A stretch of 64,000 bases of DNA, taken from Nonlabens sp. (lineage in GTDB: Bacteria > Bacteroidota > Bacteroidia > Flavobacteriales > Flavobacteriaceae). Numbering within the stretch: the stretch's first letter is position 1; the number at the start of each line of letters is the position of its first letter. Location: positions 12,329 to 76,328 of the forward strand of contig JBATVD010000039.1 in the NCBI GenBank assembly GCA_049671565.1, read 5' to 3'. The position numbers and the translations under genes were made by a program. The notes below the pieces were generated by a model. The model was not told where the DNA came from. It did no database searches and worked only from the letters and a program-made list of their open reading frames with translations. Positions 38,841-48,321 of the stretch are shown piece by piece.

Positions 38841-39675
38841 AAAGCATGTTATTGTTCTAGGATCTGCTAGGAGTGGAACAAGTTGGTTGAGTGAAAACTT
38901 GGCCAAGCCCTATCGTTATAGAATGCTTTTTGAGCCCGAGCATGACGAGAGAACGATAAACGGGCATTTGCTCACTGATCAGTTTTTTACTGATGAATAT
39001 CCGGCCTCCAAAAAAGCAGTGAACTATTTGACTCGGATTTTCAAAAATCGTGTAGATAGCGATTGGATCGCGCAAAATTCTAATAGAAAATATAAAAGGC
39101 ATCTCTGGCCATTTATCCCTAAAAAGTTTGTGATCAAATTTGTTCGCTTCAATCTGTCCGGACAATTTTTGCATGATAAATTCAAAATTCCCATAGTTCA
39201 TATTATTCGTGATCCATTTGACTTGATTCAATCTCAAAAAAGAGTCAGCTTTCCATGGCTATTTGATTTTTCATACTTTTTGGATCAACCACATTTATTG
39301 GAGTTGGTGAAGAATGAGTTCAATTACGATCTAACCAAAATTGAATCAAAATCGGACACTGAAAAATTAGCGGTACGATGGTGCATTGAAAACGTAATAC
39401 CTTTGCAAATCAATGCAATTCCAAATGACGATTATTGGGTGATCAAGCACGAAGATTTAAGAAAGGATGCAAATGTATACAAAGACTTATGCAATAAATT
39501 AGGGCTGGAGGTAGTAGATAATATTGAGAAAGAATTTAAGAAACCCTCCTCCAAAGCTCATCCAAAATCTAGTGTAAGAGGGCAGAATGATAAAAGAGAA
39601 TTTGTGAATGAACAAGAAGCTAAATTGATCTTGGATATCCTGAAAACGTTTAAACAGAACTTGTATCATTATTAA
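38806..39675 (+). CDS. sulfotransferase family protein; likely start ATG 38827
   Basis: 5'-PSB-like LGSARSGTSW and 3'-PB-like RDPFDLIQS. Confidence 0.7.
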   Translation: MNLENTFMSLYKKHVIVLGSARSGTSWLSENLAKPYRYRMLFEPEHDERTINGHLLTDQFFTDEYPASKKAVNYLTRIFKNRVDSDWIAQNSNRKYKRHLWPFIPKKFVIKFVRFNLSGQFLHDKFKIPIVHIIRDPFDLIQSQKRVSFPWLFDFSYFLDQPHLLELVKNEFNYDLTKIESKSDTEKLAVRWCIENVIPLQINAIPNDDYWVIKHEDLRKDANVYKDLCNKLGLEVVDNIEKEFKKPSSKAHPKSSVRGQNDKREFVNEQEAKLILDILKTFKQNLYHY

Positions 39676-39719
39676 TTGAAGCCTAGCTATTTTGAGGCTA
39701 CGAAATTTAACACCTTCTC

Positions 39720-40904
39720 ATGACGATTGCCCTAGTTCTTCCTAAACCACCAGCTTATTCTGAGACCTTTTTTAGATCAAAAATTAAGGGTTTGCAGGAT
39801 TCAGGGCATAAAGTTGTTCTAGTTACTGCGACAACTGGTTTTGAATTTGAAGAATGTGAGCACCTTCAGCACCCAGAAATAAGTAAGGATGTATTTGTTC
39901 AAGTTTTAAGAATGGTATTGGTTTTTGCCAGTTTGATTCCTTACTTGGGGAGAGTTAAATCTTACCTTACTTTGGAAAAGGAGGAAGGTACAAGCTTTAA
40001 AAGGTCTTTAGAGAAGCTGTACATTAATGCAACTTTAATAAAATTAAACTCAGACTGGATTCATTTTGGTTTTGCTACAATGGCTATAGATCGAGAGCTT
40101 GTAGGTAAGGTTATAGGAGCAAAACTGGCTGTAAGTTTTAGAGGCTATGATATAGGCGTCTACCCTTTGAAGCATCCAGGGTGTTATCATAAATTGTGGT
40201 CATACGTGGATCAAGTTCATTATATATCAGATGATTTGTACGAGAAAGCCCTAAATTTAGGTTTGTCAGCTGCAACTACAGGTAAGAAAATTACTCCTGC
40301 TATTAATACAGATTACTTCAAGCCATCAACACTTGAACTTAAAGGTGTTGCTGGCAACTTCACTTTTTTAACTTTAGGACGCTTGCATTGGAAAAAAGGT
40401 TTTGTAGATACATTAAAGGCGTTGAAACTATTGAAATTACAAGGCATAAACTTTATGTATAATATTGTAGGAGAGGGGCCTGATTACGAACGTATTGCAT
40501 TTGCAGCATATCAATTGGGGATGGCTGACCAAGTGAGGTTCTTGGGGAAATTGGATCACAAAGATGTCAAGGAACAATTGGACAAAGCTGATATTTACTT
40601 ACAATACAGCATACAAGAGGGCTTTTGCAATGCAGTTCTTGAGGCACAGGCTTTAGGTAAGTTATGTTTAGTTTCAGACGCAGAAGGTTTGTCAGAGAAT
40701 GTGTTAAATGGTAAAACTGGTTGGGTGGTACCTCGCCTTCAACCTGAACTTTTAGCCCAAAAGATTTTAGAAGTCATCAACTTACCAGATTTTGATAGAA
40801 ATAGGATTTGTCAGAATGCAATTGAACGTGTTCAGGACGAGTTCAACATAGAAAAACAAAGGAAAGAATTTAATCAGTTTTACTCTCATTCACATGCTGT
40901 TTAA
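39720..40904 (+). CDS. glycosyltransferase family 4
   Basis: Motifs GRLHWKKG...QEGFCNAVLEAQALGKLCLVSDAEGLSENV. It belongs to the same subfamily as the GT4s at 28250 and 30432. Confidence 0.8.
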   Translation: MTIALVLPKPPAYSETFFRSKIKGLQDSGHKVVLVTATTGFEFEECEHLQHPEISKDVFVQVLRMVLVFASLIPYLGRVKSYLTLEKEEGTSFKRSLEKLYINATLIKLNSDWIHFGFATMAIDRELVGKVIGAKLAVSFRGYDIGVYPLKHPGCYHKLWSYVDQVHYISDDLYEKALNLGLSAATTGKKITPAINTDYFKPSTLELKGVAGNFTFLTLGRLHWKKGFVDTLKALKLLKLQGINFMYNIVGEGPDYERIAFAAYQLGMADQVRFLGKLDHKDVKEQLDKADIYLQYSIQEGFCNAVLEAQALGKLCLVSDAEGLSENVLNGKTGWVVPRLQPELLAQKILEVINLPDFDRNRICQNAIERVQDEFNIEKQRKEFNQFYSHSHAV

Positions 40905-42318
40905 TTCTTTTACCTTTCTTATCTTTTTGCCAGTTGTATTTGCCTTGTTCTGGTTGTTCAGAAAACAACTTTTGTTGCAAAACATTCTTATTTTAATTGC
41001 TAGTTATGTTTTCTATGGCTGGTGGGACTGGCGTTTTTTGAGCTTGATAGCTTTTAGTACGATAGTGGATTATCTGGTAGCATTACAAATAGAAAAGTCT
41101 GAGGCCCCTAGAATAAGAAAACTTTTTTTAATACTCAGCCTTGTTGTCAATCTGGGCTTTTTAGGAGTGTTTAAGTATTACAATTTTTTCGTTGAATCAT
41201 TTGTTGAGGCTTTTTCAAGTGTCGGTATTGAGTTATCGCCATCCACTCTCAATATAATTTTACCAGTGGGTATAAGTTTTTACACTTTTCAGACCTTAAG
41301 CTATACCATTGATGTATACCGAAAGGAGCTGACTCCTACACGCTCCCTAATTAATTTTGCTGCTTACGTAGCTTTTTTCCCCCAGCTAGTGGCCGGCCCA
41401 ATAGAACGGGCAGCCAAATTACTTCCACAATTTAGTGTTGAGAAAAAATTCAGTTATGAACTCGCACGGTCCGGAATTTATCTAATTATATGGGGTTTTT
41501 TCAAAAAAGTTGTTGTGGCCGATAATTGCGCATTTTTTGTCAATCAAATTTTTGAAAATACAGAAGGAAGGTCTTCAGTAGAATTATTTCTTGGAGCTGT
41601 TTTATTTGCTTTCCAGATCTATGGTGATTTTTCAGGATATTCTGATATAGCCATTGGAACAGCTCGTCTGTTTGGCTTTAGATTAATGACTAATTTCAAA
41701 TTCCCCTATTTTTCAAGAGATATTGCTGAGTTTTGGCGTAGATGGCACATCTCACTGTCGACTTGGTTCAGGGATTACGTCTATATTCCATTAGGAGGAA
41801 GTAGAGGGCCTAAAACATTGCAATTAAGGAACGTGATGGTCATTTTTCTCGTTAGTGGATTCTGGCACGGAGCCAATTGGACATTTTTAGTTTGGGGATT
41901 GTTACATGCTTTGTTCTTCATACCCTTGTTACTTCAGAATAAGAACCGTAAAAATTTAAATTCAAGTGGTTATGACTTCAGAACTTTTGCGAGCACGTTG
42001 TATTGTTTCTTTTTAGTTACCATAGCTTGGATATTCTTTAGGGCTGTTTCGGTTACTGAAGCATTATTGTATATTCAACAAATATTCTTATTTGGATCAT
42101 TGGATTTAGGCATATTTATTCAATCAAGTAAATATGCCTTACTGAGTTTAATTTGCCTATTTGGAATAGGTTGTATTTTGATAATAGAATATGGAGCTTT
42201 TACAAAAGATCGGGAAGAAGTTAACTTAAACAAGTTTTCAGCGCTTATCATTAGTTGTTTAATTTTGCTTTTAGGTAGTTTCAAAAACCAAAGCGATTTT
42301 ATATATTTTCAATTTTAA
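40894..42318 (+). CDS. MBOAT-family membrane O-acyltransferase, copy 2
   Basis: About two-thirds identical to copy 1 by eye. It has the same FWRRWHISLSTWFRDY and SGFWHGANW motifs, and both copies end ...FIYFQF. Confidence 0.85.
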   Translation: MLFNSFTFLIFLPVVFALFWLFRKQLLLQNILILIASYVFYGWWDWRFLSLIAFSTIVDYLVALQIEKSEAPRIRKLFLILSLVVNLGFLGVFKYYNFFVESFVEAFSSVGIELSPSTLNIILPVGISFYTFQTLSYTIDVYRKELTPTRSLINFAAYVAFFPQLVAGPIERAAKLLPQFSVEKKFSYELARSGIYLIIWGFFKKVVVADNCAFFVNQIFENTEGRSSVELFLGAVLFAFQIYGDFSGYSDIAIGTARLFGFRLMTNFKFPYFSRDIAEFWRRWHISLSTWFRDYVYIPLGGSRGPKTLQLRNVMVIFLVSGFWHGANWTFLVWGLLHALFFIPLLLQNKNRKNLNSSGYDFRTFASTLYCFFLVTIAWIFFRAVSVTEALLYIQQIFLFGSLDLGIFIQSSKYALLSLICLFGIGCILIIEYGAFTKDREEVNLNKFSALIISCLILLLGSFKNQSDFIYFQF

Positions 42319-42320
42319 CT

Positions 42321-43196
42321 ATGTCTAAATTCCTTAGAAAAAGTATAATTTGGACTATCGTATTTTTAGTTCTAATGACAATTATAGCTGAGTTAAGCCT
42401 ATATTTACTTAGGTCATCTCACTTTTACAAGCCCAGTTTTGTGGCTCAATTGGAACAAAAAGACTTCGATTATGTGGTTTTAGGTTCTAGTACAGGTTTA
42501 ACTACTATTGATACTCAATTATTGGATAGTTTGTCTGGATATGAGGGCGTTAATCTGAGTATGGACGATACGGCTTTACCTACGCATTACTTAATGTTGC
42601 AGCATTTTTACAATACAGGTCATACAACTAAAAAGGTGGTTTTGAGTATTACCCCTTGGGATCTTGCAGAAGACACCCCAGAAATTGGAAATAATGACTA
42701 TCGGTTTATTCCTTATATAAATAGAGAGTATGTACATGGTCATTTAGATGAATTAACCAGTGAATTGTGGAATCCATTGACAGCAAGTAGGTTTTTCCCC
42801 TTTGTAGGTTTGTCATATTATAATACTGAACTGCTACCACCTAGCCTTATTAGTATAGTAGCTCCTGAGAAACGTAATCGATTTGATGAGAAAGGGAATT
42901 ACAGTTATCCAAAATCAATTTATAAACCTAAAGATGGTGAACCTCAGGTCTACGACTTACAATTTAATAATCCCTTCTTGGGAAAATTGGAGCAATTCTG
43001 TTCGGAGAAAGGCATTGAGTTGATTCTCTATCAATCACCTATTTACAATGGTAGTTATAAAGAACAAATAAAAGGCGATCACTTGATTAACCATATAAGT
43101 TTATTAGATTCGACAGAGTATTTTTACGACCGTATTCACGTAAATCAAAAAGGTCGTAAGTTGGTCACTTCGAACTTGGCAAATCGATTATTTTAA
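42321..43196 (+). CDS. membrane-anchored SGNH/DltD-like putative partner of MBOAT copy 2
   Basis: N-terminal TM helix, a GSS block (VVLGSSTGL) and a C-terminal DxxH block (YDRIHVNQKG). It lies 2 nt after the MBOAT stop. Confidence 0.45.
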   Translation: MSKFLRKSIIWTIVFLVLMTIIAELSLYLLRSSHFYKPSFVAQLEQKDFDYVVLGSSTGLTTIDTQLLDSLSGYEGVNLSMDDTALPTHYLMLQHFYNTGHTTKKVVLSITPWDLAEDTPEIGNNDYRFIPYINREYVHGHLDELTSELWNPLTASRFFPFVGLSYYNTELLPPSLISIVAPEKRNRFDEKGNYSYPKSIYKPKDGEPQVYDLQFNNPFLGKLEQFCSEKGIELILYQSPIYNGSYKEQIKGDHLINHISLLDSTEYFYDRIHVNQKGRKLVTSNLANRLF

Positions 43197-44054
43197 ATGA
43201 AATTAATAATATTAATAGGGCAGCGAGTCAGGTCAGGGACTAACTTTTTAGGTTCTACATTAGGTCAACATCCTGATATTCAAACCATACCTCCTGGAAA
43301 ATCCCACGGAGAATTTAATTTATTCAAGGATAGGGCGATTGATGGCGTTTTGAGAAACATCTCTGATAAGAGTTTTGGAGTTAAATATAACGATCAAGAT
43401 GTGGATGAATTCTATAGGAGGTTCGGCAACCTAATCTTAGAGCAGTTGAAGAATAAATACGAACTCAATTCTGAAAAAGCTGTTTTTATAAAATCTCCGT
43501 TTATTGCACATTATGATTTATGGCTCAGAGCTTTTCCAGAAGCAAAAGTCATTTTCTTATGCAGAGATGGTAGGGATAATGCAATATCTTCTGTTAAGGC
43601 AAGCCTGATAAGAAAAAGTTGGTTCTCCTTCCTAAGGAACACAAAAATTACACTAAATTATCGTTCAGGTCGCTTGTTAATTTCGCAAATAAAGGATTGG
43701 AAGAAAACGGCCAAAATCTATGATAGAGTACCTGCCAGTGAGAATGTAATTAAGGTACGATATGAAGACTTAATCAACTCAGAGGCGGATTTATCTCTTC
43801 TCTTAGATTTTTTGGAGGTACGTAACACAAAGGAAATTGTAGAAAGTTGTTTAAATGCTCCTGTAGTAGGAAGCTCATTTGGTATAAATTCTGAAAATAC
43901 CACTAAGTCCAATTGGATACCTGATCATGATAAATCAAAATTTAAATTCGTTAAAAAGTGGGAAAAGTGGAACTGGATCAAGAAAACGGCTTTCAAAGCG
44001 ATGTCCTCCGAAGAGTTAATTAAGCTTGGCTATGAAAAGAATGATCAATGGTAG
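43197..44054 (+). CDS. sulfotransferase family protein
   Basis: 5'-PSB-like GQRVRSGTNF and 3'-PB-like RDGRDNAIS. Confidence 0.7.
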   Translation: MKLIILIGQRVRSGTNFLGSTLGQHPDIQTIPPGKSHGEFNLFKDRAIDGVLRNISDKSFGVKYNDQDVDEFYRRFGNLILEQLKNKYELNSEKAVFIKSPFIAHYDLWLRAFPEAKVIFLCRDGRDNAISSVKASLIRKSWFSFLRNTKITLNYRSGRLLISQIKDWKKTAKIYDRVPASENVIKVRYEDLINSEADLSLLLDFLEVRNTKEIVESCLNAPVVGSSFGINSENTTKSNWIPDHDKSKFKFVKKWEKWNWIKKTAFKAMSSEELIKLGYEKNDQW

Positions 44055-44362
44055 CTTGTAAAAAAAAATGCTGTACATTTCAAATAAGTCAAAAAAAAGT
44101 CAGTCACAATTTTTTTGAGCAATGTCATCAGCTTCGTTAAAATAAAAAACAGCATTTTATTTGTATACCAATAATATTTAACAACGTAACCAGCTCAAGT
44201 TTTAAAGCTTTGATAACAAGAAACAAGGCTGCAAGATTATCATTCCTCTCTTAATTTGAAGGGGAACACTCTATTGGGAAAACAAATGATTACAACTTTT
44301 ATAATAGATAGGGTGTGAAAAGTAAATATATTGCAACTTGGTTTTTACTATAAAGAGAATAC

Positions 44363-45166
44363 ATGAATATTATACTAGCAGGGCCAGGTAGATCAGGAAC
44401 AACTTTGTTTAATCACATCTTTTCGCATCATGAAAAGTTTGCTTGGATTTCTGGTTGGGTAAGCAAATATCCAGCTTTTCCGCAGTTGAGCTTATTTAAT
44501 ATGCTTTATCAAAAGCAGCTGTGGGGCGTTAACTGGGCGCATGTAAGGTATTCGCCCAAACCAGCCGAAGCTTACCCTTTCTGGAATCATTTCTTCTATC
44601 CATTTGATAATTCAAATCACGCATTTGACAATAAGAGTATAACTCAATGTAGAGAAACGATATCAAAAATCAAGAAAGCATCACATAAAGAACATTTTGT
44701 CACTAAAATTACAGGTGAGACAAGGTTTGAAATATTGAATCAGGTATTTGAAGGAGATCTGAAATTTCTTTGGATAGAAAGAGATCCTCGAGTCGTGGTT
44801 TCCTCTTACATTAAACAAAAATGGGGTTATAAAAATAAACCAAAAGAGTTTGCAAATCTTTCAATGGAAGATAAGATAAATATAAATTGCTCAAGATATA
44901 TGAGTTTTTTCGAGGATTCCAAGAAAATAGAAAATAAGTCTCTTTATTTTTATGAAGATTTATGTGAGGATCCTATCGCATTTTTTACTAATATATTCAA
45001 TAAACTAGACCTAAATCTCAATGATGAATTGAAAGAAATTATTAGGAGTTGGGAGATCAAGCCTGTAGGTTGGGAGACGAAATATAAGCGCCAATATACA
45101 CAAGAACAACAATTCATGTTTGAGAACTTACTGTCTGAACCTCTGAAAGCATACAATTACCAGTAA
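44363..45166 (+). CDS. sulfotransferase family protein
   Basis: 5'-PSB-like AGPGRSGTTL and 3'-PB-like RDPRVVVSS. Confidence 0.7.
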   Translation: MNIILAGPGRSGTTLFNHIFSHHEKFAWISGWVSKYPAFPQLSLFNMLYQKQLWGVNWAHVRYSPKPAEAYPFWNHFFYPFDNSNHAFDNKSITQCRETISKIKKASHKEHFVTKITGETRFEILNQVFEGDLKFLWIERDPRVVVSSYIKQKWGYKNKPKEFANLSMEDKININCSRYMSFFEDSKKIENKSLYFYEDLCEDPIAFFTNIFNKLDLNLNDELKEIIRSWEIKPVGWETKYKRQYTQEQQFMFENLLSEPLKAYNYQ

Positions 45167-46491
45167 TGTTTAATTTTTTAAAATATCTACAACCTACTAG
45201 TTACTTTCGCTTAAAGCGAAAACAAAAAGGTAGCATATATCCTCACATAGAACAAATCAAACCTTCATTACTTAGTAAAGTGCCTAAAGATGTTTCTTAT
45301 CAGGACTCAAAGACTCAAGATTATGACCAGTCATGGAGGTTGATTCAAAAAGGTTATGTAGGTGATGGTGAAGCTTATAAGCAGTTTTCAAATCTACCTG
45401 TTGTAGATGAGTATAGATTTATACGCAAAAATTTCCATCCAGTTTGGGTGGTGTATGTTTTGGTAGTTAGGTTGCTGTCCTTTAAGAACCCAGTTCGTGA
45501 GATCTCCGCTTTCGCGAAAGCGAGATCCATAAAAAGAGTCAACGAGCATAAGGAACCCTTTGAATATCCTGAATATCAAACCTTCAACAGCTCCTTGATA
45601 GAGAAAAAGCCTCTTGTATCCATCGTGATTCCTACACTAAATAGATATCCTCATCTGAAGGACGTCATGGCAGATTTAGAAAAGCAGGACTACCAAAATT
45701 TTGAAGTGATCGTAGTGGATCAATCAGAACCTTTTCAACGTACATTTTATGAGGATTTTGATTTAGACATAAATTTGATTTATCAAGAAGAAAAAGCGCT
45801 TTGGTTAGCTCGAAATACCGCTATTCAGAAAAGTAAAGGTGATTTTATACTTTTATTTGATGATGATTCAAGAGTAGATCCAGATTGGATCAGTCAGCAT
45901 ATAAAGACACTGGATTTTTTCAAAGCTGATTTATCATCAGGAGTCTCTATTTCTACTCAAGGCGCAAAAGTTCCTGCTAGCTATGCGCATTTTGGGATCA
46001 GTGGTCAGCTGGATACGGGTAACGTTTTACTTAAAAAAGAAATTTTTAGGGATATCGGTTTATTCGATCGCCAGTTTGAAAAACAACGCATGGGAGATGG
46101 TGAGTTTGGCCTTAGAGCCTATCTAGCTGGCTATCTAAATATATCTAACCCATACGCCAAGCGTTTGCATCTAAAAGTAGGTTCAGGAGGACTGCGACAA
46201 ATGGGATCTTGGGATGGCTTCAGACCAAAAAAATGGTTTGACCCACGACCTATTCCAAGTGTCGTATACCTATTTCGTAAATATCACGGAAATTCTGCGG
46301 CGAGGTGGGCTCTTCTAAAAACGGTTCCCAGTTCAATTATGCCCTATAGATATAAAAGTAGCTCCATTATGATGTTATTAGGTGGTTTAATAAGTATATT
46401 TTTGTTACCAATTGTTCTATTACAGGTCAGAAAATCTTGGAAGCTAGCTACTCAAAAGCTAAATGAAGGTGAAAAAATTGAGAAGTTATGA
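45166..46491 (+). CDS. glycosyltransferase family 2 with ~145-aa N-terminal extension and C-terminal TM helix
   Basis: Motifs VSIVIPTLNRYPHL...VVDQS...FDDDS. The TAATG stop/start overlap with the upstream gene supports the long N-terminus. Confidence 0.75.
   Translation: MFNFLKYLQPTSYFRLKRKQKGSIYPHIEQIKPSLLSKVPKDVSYQDSKTQDYDQSWRLIQKGYVGDGEAYKQFSNLPVVDEYRFIRKNFHPVWVVYVLVVRLLSFKNPVREISAFAKARSIKRVNEHKEPFEYPEYQTFNSSLIEKKPLVSIVIPTLNRYPHLKDVMADLEKQDYQNFEVIVVDQSEPFQRTFYEDFDLDINLIYQEEKALWLARNTAIQKSKGDFILLFDDDSRVDPDWISQHIKTLDFFKADLSSGVSISTQGAKVPASYAHFGISGQLDTGNVLLKKEIFRDIGLFDRQFEKQRMGDGEFGLRAYLAGYLNISNPYAKRLHLKVGSGGLRQMGSWDGFRPKKWFDPRPIPSVVYLFRKYHGNSAARWALLKTVPSSIMPYRYKSSSIMMLLGGLISIFLLPIVLLQVRKSWKLATQKLNEGEKIEKL
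45205..45221. repeat. degenerate relative of the palindrome (TTTCGCTT-A-AAGCGAAA)
   Basis: Two 8-nt inverted arms separated by one base, read directly. It encodes FRLKRK in the GT2 N-terminal extension. Confidence 0.6.
45507..45522. repeat. iterated palindrome copy (16 bp) inside a GT2 CDS, codon phase 2 (reads SAFAKAR)
   Basis: Read directly; the codons are tcc gct ttc gcg aaa gcg aga. Confidence 0.95.
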
Positions 46492-47489
46492 GGCAGGGAA
46501 TTGAAATAGTTAATTATTGTCCCGCAATTGAGGAGCAACATTATTCTTTTGCCACAAGAATGTTTGGAAATCGTCGTAAACGTAGAAATCCCGAATATTT
46601 ATATTGGAAATTTAGAGGGAAGCAGGGCGAGGAACTAACGTCGTTTAAAATAGCCTTATCTAACGGGAAGATAGTTGGCCAGTTAGGTTTGATTCCTTGT
46701 CAATTAAATCTCGATGGTCAGATAGTTGACTCGCAGTGGGCTTGTGATTTAGTAGTTGATCCAGATTTTAGAGGTAAGGGCGTTGCAAAATTATTATATC
46801 AAGCGGCTCATGATCAAAAAGCTATAACTTTAGGTAGTGACCCTAGTCCATCGGCAGAGATATCAATGCTACGCGCGGGTTATAAAAAGTTGAAAAGCTC
46901 GAATAAGCAATTTGTGCCTATATTTTTAGGCTTGCCCCTAAGGATGAAAGGTGTGAATATTAAAATTTTAGATAAAGTAAGAAATCCATTCTTGAAACTG
47001 TACAGCTCAAGTAAGTATAAAAGTGATTTTGAAGAACTGGACATTATCGAGGCAAAACATGAAAAAATCTTCCAGTTAGAGAAAGACAAACAAATTTTTA
47101 TAGATAGGGGTAATTCATTTAAAAATTGGCGGTTTAGACCCTTTAAAGATTATTATCCTGGTGTAAAGCTATACGGTCTCACAGGTACAGGAACGTATTA
47201 TTCAGGCTACCACCATGGTGATGTATATTTTATTACAGACTTTTTTATAACTCACAGTGTACACTTCAAAAAGATTATTAATCACATTTTAGGTTATATT
47301 CCAGATAATATTGAAAGAATACGGTTCCAAAATAACACTAATAATGAACTTCTTGGTTCAAAATTGAATACTATTAAATACCGCACGGAAACCTCCATTA
47401 TTTATTATACAGAAGACGTAGAAATTGATAAGAAAGTAAAGAATCAATACTTTTATTATTCACATCAAGATTCCGATGAAAATGTCTAG
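46488..47489 (+). CDS. GNAT-family acyltransferase
   Basis: Motif A-like VVDPDFRGKGVAKLLYQAA. Confidence 0.6.
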   Translation: MRQGIEIVNYCPAIEEQHYSFATRMFGNRRKRRNPEYLYWKFRGKQGEELTSFKIALSNGKIVGQLGLIPCQLNLDGQIVDSQWACDLVVDPDFRGKGVAKLLYQAAHDQKAITLGSDPSPSAEISMLRAGYKKLKSSNKQFVPIFLGLPLRMKGVNIKILDKVRNPFLKLYSSSKYKSDFEELDIIEAKHEKIFQLEKDKQIFIDRGNSFKNWRFRPFKDYYPGVKLYGLTGTGTYYSGYHHGDVYFITDFFITHSVHFKKIINHILGYIPDNIERIRFQNNTNNELLGSKLNTIKYRTETSIIYYTEDVEIDKKVKNQYFYYSHQDSDENV

Positions 47490-48321
47490 TAAAAAGGTGG
47501 TCATAACGTGGGATTTTGATGGGCCTATTGGTATTATTAACGCTTCATATCCATATAATTTTCATTATAGTAACCTAGAGAGGGAAATAAATAATGCTAA
47601 AGCTATTCTCGATATTCTGGATGAGTATGATGTAAAAAGTTGTTTTGCAATAACTGGATTTTCTGCAGAGGAAGGGAAGTATCCATATACTTTCCCAGAA
47701 TTTATCAATGAGATATTTGAAAGAGGACATGAAGTTGCTTCGCACTCTTGGAGACATGAATGGTCTTCTATTTTTCAATTGAATCAAATAGATAAAAGCT
47801 TAAAACGCAGTAAAGAATCACTAAAGATGGCGATCAATCATAAACAGGAAATTTATGGCTTTGTACCGCCTCATAATAGACCTATGACTTGGCTCAGGCG
47901 TGGAGCTTTCAGTTGGGGTGATCGTGGCGTATATCCATTTTTCAAAGCAGCTGATAATGAGAGTATCATTAACCTTTTGAAAAAAAATAATTATAAGTGG
48001 TTGCGAGTTTCTTATAAAAACATTTTCCAAAAAATACGCCTTCAGTCCAGAAACATTACCGGTAGAATACATCATTATAAGGGAATCATGCTGCTTGAAA
48101 ACCACCACACAGGTTTTGGAAAAAAAGTCACCAAGCATATTTTGGAAACTAACTACGAGACTTATATTCTAAGTGCTCACCCTTTGATGTTTGATTTTAA
48201 AGATAAGACAGAAAATAAAGAGAATTTTATTTACTTACTAGACACCCTTAAAAATTCCACTCAGGACATTGAGTTTGTAAGACCTATTGATTTACTTAAT
48301 ATGTATAAGGGTGGCAATTAA
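47476..48321 (+). CDS. polysaccharide deacetylase (CE4/NodB homology domain)
   Basis: Motifs TWDFDGP (DD-type motif 1 variant) and HEVASHSWRHE (HxxxxH metal motif). Confidence 0.7.
   Translation: MKMSSKKVVITWDFDGPIGIINASYPYNFHYSNLEREINNAKAILDILDEYDVKSCFAITGFSAEEGKYPYTFPEFINEIFERGHEVASHSWRHEWSSIFQLNQIDKSLKRSKESLKMAINHKQEIYGFVPPHNRPMTWLRRGAFSWGDRGVYPFFKAADNESIINLLKKNNYKWLRVSYKNIFQKIRLQSRNITGRIHHYKGIMLLENHHTGFGKKVTKHILETNYETYILSAHPLMFDFKDKTENKENFIYLLDTLKNSTQDIEFVRPIDLLNMYKGGN

Noticed and set aside
44065-44158. 10-bp inverted repeat (AAAATGCTGT ... ACAGCATTTT) with a ~74-nt loop, plus A8/T7 runs, in the 44055-44362 gap. I considered it as a possible structured RNA.
   Set aside because: The arms are short and AT-rich, and the large loop has no further supporting pairing that I could see. 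This is plausible by chance in AT-rich intergenic DNA.
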